64,000 nt of DNA from a bacterium (GCA_021777565.1 JAJYDJ010000005.1:30400-94399), one strand, 5' to 3'; shown: positions 8,476-18,766, counted from the stretch's first letter. The notes: generated from the letters alone by a model not told the origin. A program made the numbers and translations.

Positions 8476-9381
8476 TTACATGGAACGCAAGATCTTAATA
8501 CGTTCTTCGATTGGTGGATGCGTATCAAAAAGTGAAGCAAACCATGCGCCTGCTTCTTTATTGGTAAAAGGATTTGCGATAAATAAATGTGCCGTCGCAT
8601 TACTGGCGCCCGGCATAGGCGCTTTACTGTGTGCAATCTTTTCTAGTGCTGATGCCAACCCTTCAGGGTATCTGGTCAACAATACTCCTGATGCATCTGC
8701 CAAAAATTCTCGTTTACGAGATACTGCCAACTGAATAAGTGTCGCAACAATTGGAGATAAAATTGCAAAAATAATACCAATGATCAGGAAAAGTGATTGT
8801 AAATTCCCTTCCTCTCGATCATTACTGCGCCTACCGCCTCCCCACCACAGCGCATTGGTAAACATTTGTGCTAGAAGGGCTACAAATCCCACAAGAATGG
8901 CAACCACTGCCATGAGTCTGGTGTCGTAGTTTTTGACATGGGACAGTTCATGTGCGAGCACCCCTTCTAACTCAGCCTTATTCATCAGAGCAAGAAGTCC
9001 GGTCGTTACACAGACCACAGCATGTTTTGGGTCTCTACCTGTAGCGAATGCATTTGGGGCATCAGTCTGCATGACATACACTTTTGGAGTCGGGACGCCA
9101 TCACCAATCGCCAAGTTTTCAACAATATGATACAGGGTTGGGTTATCCTTTTCCTGTATCTCTCGTGCGCCAACACTTGCTAGTACTAACTGATCAGAGT
9201 AGTAATAACTTCCAAGGCTGGAGAATCCGGCAAAGATGAGAGCAAATGCCGCAAATGTCCATTCGTTATACCCAAGTGCTTTGGCAAAGACATAAGACAC
9301 GGTCACAATAAACACAGAAAAGAGAACCATAATAAGTATGGTTTTCCATCTGTTCCCACTGATCTGTGAATACAAATTCAT
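8476..9381 (-). CDS. htpX: M48 zinc metalloprotease HtpX
   Basis: PNAFATG, HELSH, SRKREFLAD, THPPIEERI. Confidence 0.93.
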   Translation of the reverse strand: MNLYSQISGNRWKTILIMVLFSVFIVTVSYVFAKALGYNEWTFAAFALIFAGFSSLGSYYYSDQLVLASVGAREIQEKDNPTLYHIVENLAIGDGVPTPKVYVMQTDAPNAFATGRDPKHAVVCVTTGLLALMNKAELEGVLAHELSHVKNYDTRLMAVVAILVGFVALLAQMFTNALWWGGGRRSNDREEGNLQSLFLIIGIIFAILSPIVATLIQLAVSRKREFLADASGVLLTRYPEGLASALEKIAHSKAPMPGASNATAHLFIANPFTNKEAGAWFASLFDTHPPIEERIKILRSM

Positions 9382-9383
9382 AG

Positions 9384-9935
9384 TTAGAATTTTACCAAGA
9401 CAGACTTTTTCTCTTCTTCAGTCGCTGCAAAGAATTGTGCAGACTTAAATCCGAGCATCTGGCCAAACATCATAGTTGGAAATACTGCTAACTTTGTATT
9501 GAAATCCATGACCATGCTGTTGTAGAACTGTCGAGCATACGCGATTTTATTCTCAGTATCAGATAATTCTTCCTGGAGTGATAAAAAATTCTCATTGGCC
9601 TTCAGTGTTGGGTAATTCTCACTGACCGCAAAAAGAGATTTGAGTGTCTCTCCAAGTTCATTATTTGCTTTTGCCTTTTCGCTAACACTCCCTGCTTCCA
9701 TCAGCGCAGTACGCGCCTTGGTAATGTGCTCGAGAAGTTCTTTTTCATGCTTGGCATACCCTTTGACTGTTTCTACCAGATTAGGGATCAAATCACTTCT
9801 TCTTTTCAGTTGTACATCGATTTGAGAGAATGCTTCGTCAATACGAACTTTTGCCGTAATCAGGCTGTTATACGACGCCCATAGAAAGAGTGCTACGAAA
9901 GCGACAATTGCAATAATTACTAATCCTATTCCCAT
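9384..9935 (-). CDS. lemA: LemA family protein
   Basis: N-terminal TM, QIDVQLKRRSDLIPNLVETVKGY, ENYPTLKAN, ENKIAYARQFYN. Confidence 0.95.
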   Translation of the reverse strand: MGIGLVIIAIVAFVALFLWASYNSLITAKVRIDEAFSQIDVQLKRRSDLIPNLVETVKGYAKHEKELLEHITKARTALMEAGSVSEKAKANNELGETLKSLFAVSENYPTLKANENFLSLQEELSDTENKIAYARQFYNSMVMDFNTKLAVFPTMMFGQMLGFKSAQFFAATEEEKKSVLVKF

Positions 9936-9936
9936 A

Positions 9937-11709
9937 TCATTCACCACCTTTCAACCATTTCGCAAATTCATTATACCCTAACGTATTAAGAATATCTTTT
10001 TTCTCGGCCCACCCTCGTCTGGCATTATAGACGCCATACTGCATAAGGTCCATGTGAGACACTTCATGACTATCGGTATCGATCACCATTTTGACCCCAT
10101 GCTTTATCGCTTCTTGAATAAGAGTATCAGGTAAGTCAGTGCGCTCTGGCCACGCGTTAATTTCTAGTGCTTTATTATGCGTCTTGCAGAAATCAAACAA
10201 CGTGTCCCAATCAACATCATAGCTTTCACGCGAACCAAACAGTCTGCCCGTTGGATGAGCAAGAATTTTTACTTTGGGATGAGAAAGTCCCGCAAGAATT
10301 CTTTGTGTCATTTTCTCTTTACTCATCCCAAATGAGCTATGAATGGAGACAATACCAGCATCCAGGAGCGAGAGGCTCTTGTCATCTACCGAGAGCGATC
10401 CATTGGCCAGAATATCTATCTCGAGCAATTTAATTACTCGAACACTTTTTATGTTTGATTTAATGTGTTCGATATGCTCATCTCGCTTTTGGAGTATGGA
10501 AAAAATTTGCCTTTCTGTATGTTGAGAAACACTCGGATTATGTTCTGAAAATCCTAAGTATTCGTATCCAAGTTGTTCTGCTTTCTTAAGCATATCCTCC
10601 ATGCTTGTCAGACCCAAGTCATGGCTTGGCTCGATAGGATAACTAGAATGGGTATGTAAATCCCCTTTGATATCTTTTAGTTCAACTAGGTGAGGCAGCG
10701 AGTGCTTTTCAGCGAGTTCAATCTCTCCTCTATCTTCTCGCATTTCAGGAGGTACCCATTCTAGCCCCATTGCGTTATAAAACTCTTCCTCTGTTTTATA
10801 TTTTTCTCGAACTTCGGATTTTTTATCCAATCTCTTGATTCCATACTCTGAAAGAGATAATTTTTTTCTTAGTGCCAGATCACGCAAGTGGACGTTATGA
10901 TGTTTACTCCCGGTAAAATGCTGCAAGAGTGACCCAAATCCTTCTATTGGCTGTACCATCAAATCCACCTGCTGACCACCACTAGTAAGTAGTGACGCGG
11001 TATTGGGGCCTTGCTCTATCACACGACTTTTATAGGGATACTGTACAAAATGAGCAATGACTTTTTCAGGCTCGTTAGATGCGACAGCTATATCTATATC
11101 CCCAACCGTAAAGACACGTCGACGAAGACTTCCCAGTGCCTCTGCCTGATGTACTTCAGGAATCTTTTTCAGATAGTCGGTTAGTTGCATGGCGATTTTG
11201 TCAGCGAAGGGAAGCAGCATGCGAGTTGTTTTACCAGCGCCTTTTCCAAACTCTTCTAAGGCTCGAATCAATGCTTGCTGAGACGTTTCACCAAATCTTT
11301 CAATCGTAAGCTTTTCACTTGTTAACTTTTTTTTCAGATCTGCAATGACGGTCTCAGGCTTTGATAAATGTAATTCTGTTACTAACTTATAGGCACGTTT
11401 TGGTCCAATACTGGGGACATCAAGAAGTGGAAAAACGGCTGCAGGAATTTTTTTCAGAAATGTCTCAAAATGTTTTACTTTTCCTTTTGTGACGAGTTCT
11501 GTCAGATGACCGCGCATGATTTCTCCAATTCCTTTGACATCTGCTAACTTCCCTTCGCGTACGAGATCAGTCACTTGCTCAGCACTGGCTGAGATGATAT
11601 CTGCTGCTTTTTCATACGCAACTAACTGAAAATGATACTCACGATCATTCAGGATCGTCATTGCAGCGGCAACATTGCGCAGGAGTTTGGCTATCTCTGC
11701 ATTGGTCAT
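9937..11709 (-). CDS. polX: DNA polymerase X with PHP domain
   Basis: HhH motifs, GSLRR, GDIDI, HFTGSKHHN, DLHTHS, EINAWPER, DTDSH. Confidence 0.93.
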   Translation of the reverse strand: MTNAEIAKLLRNVAAAMTILNDREYHFQLVAYEKAADIISASAEQVTDLVREGKLADVKGIGEIMRGHLTELVTKGKVKHFETFLKKIPAAVFPLLDVPSIGPKRAYKLVTELHLSKPETVIADLKKKLTSEKLTIERFGETSQQALIRALEEFGKGAGKTTRMLLPFADKIAMQLTDYLKKIPEVHQAEALGSLRRRVFTVGDIDIAVASNEPEKVIAHFVQYPYKSRVIEQGPNTASLLTSGGQQVDLMVQPIEGFGSLLQHFTGSKHHNVHLRDLALRKKLSLSEYGIKRLDKKSEVREKYKTEEEFYNAMGLEWVPPEMREDRGEIELAEKHSLPHLVELKDIKGDLHTHSSYPIEPSHDLGLTSMEDMLKKAEQLGYEYLGFSEHNPSVSQHTERQIFSILQKRDEHIEHIKSNIKSVRVIKLLEIDILANGSLSVDDKSLSLLDAGIVSIHSSFGMSKEKMTQRILAGLSHPKVKILAHPTGRLFGSRESYDVDWDTLFDFCKTHNKALEINAWPERTDLPDTLIQEAIKHGVKMVIDTDSHEVSHMDLMQYGVYNARRGWAEKKDILNTLGYNEFAKWLKGGE

Positions 11710-11776
11710 ATCCTCACCTAGCGTAGCAGACCGTTGTGAGGAAAACAATAATTTGGTACAATAATCGTGCCCTTTT

Positions 11777-11850
11777 GGGGTTGTAGCTCAGTTGGTTAGA
11801 GCGTCTCCCTGTCACGGAGAAGGTCGCGGGTTCGAGCCCCGTCAATCCCG
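11777..11850 (+). tRNA. tRNA-Asp(GTC), CCA not encoded
   Basis: Cloverleaf GGGGTTG/CAATCCC, anticodon arm TCTCC-CTGTCAC-GGAGA, GGTTCGAG T-loop. Confidence 0.95.
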
Positions 11851-11897
11851 CAAGAACACTCTCTCTAATACGATTAAATCTAGTTGGGGAAATAGTA

Positions 11898-12359
11898 TTA
11901 ACTTTGAGGCATCAAGTGGAAAGTCCCATCAAGAATTGCATGTCCTAAGTCTGTCAATGTTAACTCCTGTGGCTCTTTACCTAAACGTTCAGCAAGCAAA
12001 GCAGCTTCCATCTTATACATAAGTCCCATTGCTGTGAGCTCATCAGCCCCTCGATGAGCAGTGGCTCCAACAGCTAAAATATAAAGTACAATACTGTTTT
12101 CACCAACTTGTGATTCTGGGAAAAGTCTCTGCCCTGTCCAAGCTGCGACACGCAGTGCAGCACTTCCTTCAGCTGCGCCAAGCACATTCATCATTTCATC
12201 AAATCTCTCCAGTTCTTCAGTACGCTCACCCCGGCGTAACCCATCACGAGCATCATTCCACAATGTAGACTCAAGAGCACGTGCATATTCTCCTGGACTA
12301 AAGACAGTGGTCATCTCTAGGTTTGAAAGGGCTAATCCTAAATCAATTTCGTTCGCCAT
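11898..12359 (-). CDS. Hypothetical protein
   Basis: 153-aa ORF with upstream TTGACA-17nt-TAATAT promoter. Confidence 0.7.
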   Translation of the reverse strand: MANEIDLGLALSNLEMTTVFSPGEYARALESTLWNDARDGLRRGERTEELERFDEMMNVLGAAEGSAALRVAAWTGQRLFPESQVGENSIVLYILAVGATAHRGADELTAMGLMYKMEAALLAERLGKEPQELTLTDLGHAILDGTFHLMPQS

Positions 12360-12463
12360 GTCGCTGCATATTACAGGATTGTAAAAAAATTGTCAAATGC
12401 TATTAAATCGGGCTGATCATTCATCCCCTTGTAATCTTTTTCTTCCCCCTACATACTGAATAC

Positions 12464-13024
12464 ATGGCACATAATCACTACTTAAAAGTTCTCTTTGTTA
12501 CTAATGGCATTTTTGTTTTTGCAGCAAGTCTTTTGGGTCCTCTATACGCGGTCTTTGTACAGAAACTCGGCAATGGTATTTTAACCATCAGTGCAACCTA
12601 CGCAGCAGAGCTTCTCTCTGCGACAGTCTTTACGATCATCTTAAGTAGACTTCATGATAAATTCATCCGACACGAAGCACTTCTCTTGATAGGATTTTTG
12701 ATCCGTGCCGTTATCTGGATTACTTTTATGTTTATCCACTCACTTCCTGAATTGATGATACTTCAGGTAGCACTCGGAATCGGTGATGCGGTAGGATCAC
12801 CCGCATTTAACTCCTTCTTTGCTGAACATTTAGATAAGGATAAACATCTGCAAGAATATGCCGACTGGCAGGTGCTCAATAACGTTGCGGTAGCAGCGAG
12901 TACTATCGTTGGAGGATTTATCGCCAGTCTTTTTGGATTCCCAATGCTTTTTCTTACCATGGCATTATTAGCCTGTATTGCAGCAATCATCCTGATAAAA
13001 AATCTTCTTTTAGAGGCTCATTGA
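12464..13024 (+). CDS. Half-size MFS-like membrane protein (~6 TM)
   Basis: Hydrophobic helices, motif-A-like LSRLHDKFIRH, GIGDAVGSPAF; 186 aa. Confidence 0.75.
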   Translation: MAHNHYLKVLFVTNGIFVFAASLLGPLYAVFVQKLGNGILTISATYAAELLSATVFTIILSRLHDKFIRHEALLLIGFLIRAVIWITFMFIHSLPELMILQVALGIGDAVGSPAFNSFFAEHLDKDKHLQEYADWQVLNNVAVAASTIVGGFIASLFGFPMLFLTMALLACIAAIILIKNLLLEAH

Positions 13025-13068
13025 CCGATGATAAAAAGGTGTTATAATGTGTGCACTGTCCACTCATT

Positions 13069-13734
13069 ATGCCGCGTACAAAAAAAGCGAAAACAACTAA
13101 ACCTCTTGCAACCCGGACAGTGAGAAGAACTCCTGTCAGGCCATCTATTGAGAGATATCAAAAAAATCCAATTGATTGGAGTCAATCCTATACAAGCCTC
13201 CTTTTGGGCGTCGTAGTCGTGATAGTCGGTGTGCTTTTTGTGGCATCTATTATCAGATCTCACAATGCCCTCAACCAAGAAACCAGTTCAATAAGTACTC
13301 AAAAACTCCAGCCAACACCAACACCAGCAACAAGTACCTATACCGTACAGGAAGGTGATAATTTGTGGAGCATTGCGATCAAATTCTATAACAATGGCTA
13401 TGCCTGGACCAAGATCGCAGAAGCAAACAAGCTCACAACCCCTGGCAGTATCGACAAAGGACAGACACTGATTATCCCCACAGTGCAGCCAACACCTGCG
13501 ACCTCATTTGGAGACTTACTTACGCCAACTCCTGCACCAAGCACACAACCAGTAGCTGCAGCCTCCAATGCAATTAGCGGGTCCACATATGTTGTTGAAC
13601 ACGGAGACAACCTCTGGGACATAGCAGTTCGTGCCTATGCAGATGGCTACAAATGGCCTGAAATTGCAAAGGCAAATCACCTTGCAAACCCAGGTCTGAT
13701 CTTCTCAGGGAACGTACTTATAATCCCGCGCTAA
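13069..13734 (+). CDS. Membrane-anchored protein with two LysM domains
   Basis: TM helix; YTVQEGDNLWSIA and YVVEHGDNLWDIA repeats; P/T-rich linkers. Confidence 0.9.
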   Translation: MPRTKKAKTTKPLATRTVRRTPVRPSIERYQKNPIDWSQSYTSLLLGVVVVIVGVLFVASIIRSHNALNQETSSISTQKLQPTPTPATSTYTVQEGDNLWSIAIKFYNNGYAWTKIAEANKLTTPGSIDKGQTLIIPTVQPTPATSFGDLLTPTPAPSTQPVAAASNAISGSTYVVEHGDNLWDIAVRAYADGYKWPEIAKANHLANPGLIFSGNVLIIPR

Positions 13735-13774
13735 ATTTGCACTGAAGTAGTCAAATAGCTATAATGGATTCATT

Positions 13775-13849
13775 GCGGGCGTAGTTCACCGGTAGAATGT
13801 CTCCTTCCCAAGGAGAAGGTAGTGGGTTCGATCCCCATCGCCCGCTCCA
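13775..13849 (+). tRNA. tRNA-Gly(CCC), CCA encoded
   Basis: GCGGGCG/CGCCCGC acceptor stem, TCTCC-TTCCCAA-GGAGA anticodon arm, ends TCCA. Confidence 0.95.
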
Positions 13850-13881
13850 CGAGACATACCGGCATCGCATAATACAAATAT

Positions 13882-14889
13882 ATGTCAGAATTACTCGGAC
13901 TTATTACACTTTCAACCATCATCTCTCTTCTTTTGTTTGTTCCATTTATTGACTTTCTTTACAGCATCCGCATGCAGAAAATGAACAAAGATACGCGGGA
14001 CATGTTCGGTGAGAAGGTGAACATTTTTGACAAATTCAACGCATGGAAAGTTGGTACTCCTCATGGAGGCGGCCTTCTCATTATGCTTGTGACAACGGTA
14101 CTTACTTTGTGGGCATATGGACTGTTTGGCGTGAATGTTAACCCGTGGGTTGCGGCAGTTCTTTTTATAGCGTTTATCGGATTTGGCCTCTTAGGGCTTC
14201 TTGACGATATTAAAAAGCTTACTCACAAGTCATCAGGTTTTTTTGGGTTGGGTTTTGTGCCTAAATTCATTATCCAATGGGTGCTAGCGTTAAGTATCGC
14301 CTATATCCTTCAGGCACATTTGGGCTTTCACTTCCTCTTTATTCGTGGGCTTGGTCTGGTGCAGCTTGGATTTCTTTCTATTCCTTTCATCGCATTCGTC
14401 ATTGTCGCATTTGCCAACGCCATGAATATCACTGATGGTGTTGATGGTTTGGCTGGAGGACTCACACTTATTTGTTTGATCGCCTTCCTGGCAATCAGTG
14501 CCAATCAGCTCGACCAACCCCTCGGCATTTTTATTGGCATTCTCATGGGAGCGATTGGTGCATTCCTGTACTTTAATGTCTATAAAGCACGCATTTTCAT
14601 GGGTGATGTAGGTGCGTTGTCCCTAGGCGCTGTGCTGGCAGTTATTGGACTTCTGACCGGCAAAATCCTTGCGTTGAGTTTTATTGGTGCTGTCTTTATC
14701 ATTGAAGCAGCCTCATCTGGCATTCAACTTTTGTCATGGAAATTTAGAAAAAAGCCAGTATTCCCAGCCTCCCCTCTGCATTTGTACCTGCAAAATAAAG
14801 GTTGGGAAGAACCAAAGGTTACGATGCGACTCTGGCTTCTTGGCTCACTCTTTGCCATCATCGGACTGTATATTGCCTTTATTAGATAA
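13882..14889 (+). CDS. mraY: Phospho-N-acetylmuramoyl-pentapeptide transferase
   Basis: KVGTPHGGG, GLLDD, NITDGVDGL, FMGDVG; upstream of ftsW and murG. Confidence 0.9.
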   Translation: MSELLGLITLSTIISLLLFVPFIDFLYSIRMQKMNKDTRDMFGEKVNIFDKFNAWKVGTPHGGGLLIMLVTTVLTLWAYGLFGVNVNPWVAAVLFIAFIGFGLLGLLDDIKKLTHKSSGFFGLGFVPKFIIQWVLALSIAYILQAHLGFHFLFIRGLGLVQLGFLSIPFIAFVIVAFANAMNITDGVDGLAGGLTLICLIAFLAISANQLDQPLGIFIGILMGAIGAFLYFNVYKARIFMGDVGALSLGAVLAVIGLLTGKILALSFIGAVFIIEAASSGIQLLSWKFRKKPVFPASPLHLYLQNKGWEEPKVTMRLWLLGSLFAIIGLYIAFIR

Positions 14890-15954
14890 ATGCACAAAGC
14901 TGCCCTTGTTTTACTTATTGTTACTGGTGTTCTCTCTCTTTTTGGCCTACTCATGGTCTACGATGCATCGTCCTTTGTTTCGTTCCAGACATTTGGCAAT
15001 CGCACCCACTATCTCACTGAACAAACAATCTCTCTTGCCATCGGCATCGTTGGGCTCATTATCGCAAGTTTTATACCATACAAAACACTTTTAAAACTCG
15101 CACTTCCCCTTCTGATCGGGACACTTTTTCTTCTCGTGCTCGTCTTTGTTCCTGGCATCGGGCTGAGCCTCAATGGGGCACATCGTTGGATACGACTTGG
15201 ATTTGGGACCTTGCAGCCAACTGAAATTGCAAAAGTCACACTAGCGATATACCTCGCCGCATGGCTTTCTCGCAGCGAGAAAGGCCGCTTAACCGCATTT
15301 TTAGTGTTAATTGGACTCACACTAGGGCTTGTCATGCTTCAGCCAGATATGGGCACAGGAATGATCATTTTGGGGGAGACGCTGTTGTTGTATTTCCTTT
15401 CAGGCAGCCCAGTCAAACAATTTCTTGCTATTTTGCCAGGGATCGGCATTGTCGGTGCATTTTTGGCCATCATTGAGCCATATCGTATGCAAAGACTGGT
15501 TACCTTTCTCAATCCTGACACCTCCATTAATACGCAGTCCTATCACGTACGTCAGATCTTGATCGCTCTGGGAACCGGTGGCGTATTTGGGGTGGGGATA
15601 GGAAATTCTCTGCAGAAATATGCCTATTTACCTGAGAACATGACTGATTCTATTTTTGCCATTATCGGTGAAGAGTTTGGTTTTTTAGGCACAACAATTT
15701 TTCTTGTCGCCTGCATTATCTTCCTCTACTGTGTCTTCTCTATAGCGACAAATGCGCCAAGCAAGGAAGGGAAGTTGCTTGCCGGGGGAATAGGCGCCTT
15801 TCTTGGCATGCAAATGCTTATTAACCTCGCTGCACAGACAGCCCTCATTCCACTTACTGGTGTACCCCTCCCTTTTGTATCCTATGGAGGGACAGCCCTT
15901 ATCGTGGACCTTATCACCGTAGGTATTGTATTAAATATCGCAAGGAGGCAATAA
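14890..15954 (+). CDS. ftsW: SEDS peptidoglycan polymerase FtsW
   Basis: NGAHRWI, QPTEIAK, QPDMG, TDSIFAIIGEE, PLTGVPLPFVSYGG. Confidence 0.92.
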   Translation: MHKAALVLLIVTGVLSLFGLLMVYDASSFVSFQTFGNRTHYLTEQTISLAIGIVGLIIASFIPYKTLLKLALPLLIGTLFLLVLVFVPGIGLSLNGAHRWIRLGFGTLQPTEIAKVTLAIYLAAWLSRSEKGRLTAFLVLIGLTLGLVMLQPDMGTGMIILGETLLLYFLSGSPVKQFLAILPGIGIVGAFLAIIEPYRMQRLVTFLNPDTSINTQSYHVRQILIALGTGGVFGVGIGNSLQKYAYLPENMTDSIFAIIGEEFGFLGTTIFLVACIIFLYCVFSIATNAPSKEGKLLAGGIGAFLGMQMLINLAAQTALIPLTGVPLPFVSYGGTALIVDLITVGIVLNIARRQ

Positions 15955-15961
15955 TACACAT

Positions 15962-17086
15962 ATGAAAGTTCTTATCACCGGAGGCCATTTCTCACCAGCA
16001 CGTGCGGTAATGCATGCCTTCCCAAAATCAGTGCAGATCGTCTATGTTGGAAGGAAACATGCACTCGAGAAAGACAGTGCGCTTTCTCTAGAATATACCC
16101 TGTTACAAAAAGAGGGTGTCCCATTTCGAGAGATACAACCAGGACGATTTCATAGACTTCTCTACCGAAATACTCCGCTTTCTTTATATAAGATCATCAG
16201 AGGCTTTTTCCAGGCGTGGGCTATCGTCAACGAAGAAAAGCCAGATGTGATCCTTTCTTTTGGTGGATACGTCGCACTGCCTATTTGTGTTATCGGATTT
16301 CTTAAAAACATCCCTATCGTTTTGCATGATCAAACATTTGAGACAGGACTGACCAACCAACTCCTCTCTTATGTTGCAACAAAAGTATGTCTTTCCTGGA
16401 AATCTTCTGTCAAATATTTTCAAAAAGGGAAGACCATCGTTACCGGAAATCCTAATCTTGCAGAGATATTTTCCTATCGTGCACAAGAAGGGAAAAAGCA
16501 TCCACTGACTATCCTCGTCACGGGAGGCAATTCAGGATCTCATCGAATTAATGTATACATCGAACATTCATTGAAAGAGCTTCTTTCAATCGCGACGGTT
16601 ATTCACCAGACTGGTGATGCACAAGAGTTTAAAGACTATGACCGGCTTACCAAACTCGTTTCGTCATTCCCGCCAGAACTCCAGAAGAAATATCATATCC
16701 AGAAGTTTTTTACTCCAGAAGAGCTCCATATGCATGAAGCGACCGCTGATCTGGTAATCAGCCGTGCGGGCGCTAACACGGTTGGAGAACTGGCAATTTT
16801 GGAGAAACCTTCTCTGATGGTACCTATTCCACATACCCAGAGAGACGAGCAAAAAAAGAATGCGCAGTTTCTCAAAAATGCTGGTCTTGCGGTCGTAATA
16901 GACCAGGAGACAGTGACAGATGAACAATTTTTAGCCACTGTTCATGATATGATAAAACATAATGAAGACTATACTCTCAAAGATTCATTTAAGGCTGAAA
17001 TCGATACGCATCAAGAAGCCGCAGCCCATGTGGCGAAAATCACTCAGCAAGCTGCCTCAAGAGAGAAAACAAAGGAAGTTTCGTAG
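15962..17086 (+). CDS. murG: Lipid II GlcNAc transferase
   Basis: TGGH, FGGYV, VTGNP, SRAGANT, EQKKNA. Confidence 0.9.
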   Translation: MKVLITGGHFSPARAVMHAFPKSVQIVYVGRKHALEKDSALSLEYTLLQKEGVPFREIQPGRFHRLLYRNTPLSLYKIIRGFFQAWAIVNEEKPDVILSFGGYVALPICVIGFLKNIPIVLHDQTFETGLTNQLLSYVATKVCLSWKSSVKYFQKGKTIVTGNPNLAEIFSYRAQEGKKHPLTILVTGGNSGSHRINVYIEHSLKELLSIATVIHQTGDAQEFKDYDRLTKLVSSFPPELQKKYHIQKFFTPEELHMHEATADLVISRAGANTVGELAILEKPSLMVPIPHTQRDEQKKNAQFLKNAGLAVVIDQETVTDEQFLATVHDMIKHNEDYTLKDSFKAEIDTHQEAAAHVAKITQQAASREKTKEVS

Positions 17087-17468
17087 TCTTTTTTTACGCA
17101 TACTCCTTTTTCTTGGTATTTTTCTCATTACCATAGCCATCCTTATCGGTATACAACTGATAAAAAACACACGAACTGCGGTGATGAATCCCCTGGGAAA
17201 TTTTGTGAACGATGCATCCGAAGACCAACTCAAACAAGCGCTCGCGACACAAGGAGTGAGCTATACATCCATTGCCCTCAGCACAGACGGTGCATATATT
17301 GTCCAGGTAAACTCATACATCACTGCGATATTTTCACCTAAAAAGGATATTTTTACGCAGGTGTCCTCTTTACAACGCATCACGAACCGCTTTACAATAG
17401 ATATGAAGAAGGCGTATCAGATAGATTTCCGCTATGATACGCCCGTTATTCGTACTACATCATTATGA
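17028..17468 (+). CDS. Short FtsQ/DivIB-like protein
   Basis: Basic N-terminus, one TM, C-terminal IDFRYD; located between murG and ftsA; start uncertain. Confidence 0.65.
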   Translation: MWRKSLSKLPQERKQRKFRSLFLRILLFLGIFLITIAILIGIQLIKNTRTAVMNPLGNFVNDASEDQLKQALATQGVSYTSIALSTDGAYIVQVNSYITAIFSPKKDIFTQVSSLQRITNRFTIDMKKAYQIDFRYDTPVIRTTSL

Positions 17469-18766
17469 GTGAACAAAAAATTGTTGTTGGAATTGATGCA
17501 GGATCTGCCAAGATTGTCACGGTTGTTGGGAAAGTAGATGAAGAAGGCGTAGTTAATGTCCTCGGTGTTGCAGAAGTTACCTCAAGTGGTATTAAAAAAG
17601 GTCAAATTGTTGATATCGATGAAGCAGTGACCGCTATGAGTAACTCACTTGATGGTGCAGAGCGCATGGCCGGGCATTCTATCTCTCACGTTGTTGCCTC
17701 CATTGGTGGAAGCCATATTGAAAGCCTCAACTCCAAAGGAGTTGTTGCGGTCGCCAACGCAAAAGGGGAGATTGAACAAAGTGATCTCGAGCGTGTTATT
17801 GACGCGGCACGGGCTGTTTCTTTCCCTACCACTCGAGAGATTATTCATGTGCTCCCCCGCTTCTATACCGTCGATGGTCAGGAGGGGATTAAAGACCCGA
17901 TTGGCATGACTGGTGTACGACTCGAAGTAGACACGCACCTGGTGTCAGCAAGCAGCACGGCTATTCGAAATTTCGAGAAAGCATTGTCAGAAGTTGGTGT
18001 CGAGGTAGATGGCTTTGCGTTCTCCGGGTTTGCAAGCTCCTTGGCGGTACTTTCAGCTACTGAGAAAGAATTAGGTGTTGTGCTCATTGATATCGGTGCT
18101 GGGACGACAGATATTTCCGTCTACATTGAAGGTGCCGTGGCATATTCTGCCGTACTACCAATTGGAGCCCGCCATATCACCAACGACATTGCCATTGGGC
18201 TGCGTGTTTCCCTGGAAAGTGCTGAAAAAATTAAGCTATTTCTCTCCCGACCAGTTGCGAGAAAAGCGATCGGGTTGGCACCTGAGGAAGAAAAAGAGAA
18301 GAAACATGATGATGAACTTGATTTGTCCTCACTTCACTTGGATGAAGAAGTAAAAAAAGTGTCCCAAAAGACACTTTTGGACGGTATTATCCGCCCAAGG
18401 CTCAATGAAATATTTACCATGGTTGGTGCCGAACTTCGTAAATCCGGTCTTGGTGGCCAAACACCAGCGGGCTTGGTTATTACTGGTGGGGGAGCCAAGA
18501 CAGTGGGCATTGTAGACGCAGCCAAGCGTATGCTTGCCATGCCGGTACGCATCGGCTATCCAACTGATATCAAAGGCATTGTTGATGAGGCACAAGATAC
18601 CAGCTTTGCAACTGCCATCGGATTGTTGCGCTATGGTGCCACTCTTACCAATACCAAACAATCATTTAACTTCTCCATGCCCAAACTCGGTGGCCTACCT
18701 AAAATTGGTGGCACAGGAAAGCTTGGTAAACAGATTCTTAACCTTCTCAAATCCTTTATCCCATGA
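17465..18766 (+). CDS. ftsA: Cell division protein FtsA
   Basis: GIDAGSAKI, DPIGMTGVRLEV, DIGAGTTD, TGGGA. Confidence 0.96.
   Translation: MSEQKIVVGIDAGSAKIVTVVGKVDEEGVVNVLGVAEVTSSGIKKGQIVDIDEAVTAMSNSLDGAERMAGHSISHVVASIGGSHIESLNSKGVVAVANAKGEIEQSDLERVIDAARAVSFPTTREIIHVLPRFYTVDGQEGIKDPIGMTGVRLEVDTHLVSASSTAIRNFEKALSEVGVEVDGFAFSGFASSLAVLSATEKELGVVLIDIGAGTTDISVYIEGAVAYSAVLPIGARHITNDIAIGLRVSLESAEKIKLFLSRPVARKAIGLAPEEEKEKKHDDELDLSSLHLDEEVKKVSQKTLLDGIIRPRLNEIFTMVGAELRKSGLGGQTPAGLVITGGGAKTVGIVDAAKRMLAMPVRIGYPTDIKGIVDEAQDTSFATAIGLLRYGATLTNTKQSFNFSMPKLGGLPKIGGTGKLGKQILNLLKSFIP

Noticed and set aside
11792-12022. 76-aa plus-strand ORF
   Set aside because: Overlaps tRNA-Asp and is antisense to a longer ORF.
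11850-12460. Possible integrated element at the tRNA-Asp 3' end
   Set aside because: No integrase and no duplicated tRNA end found; only one orphan gene.
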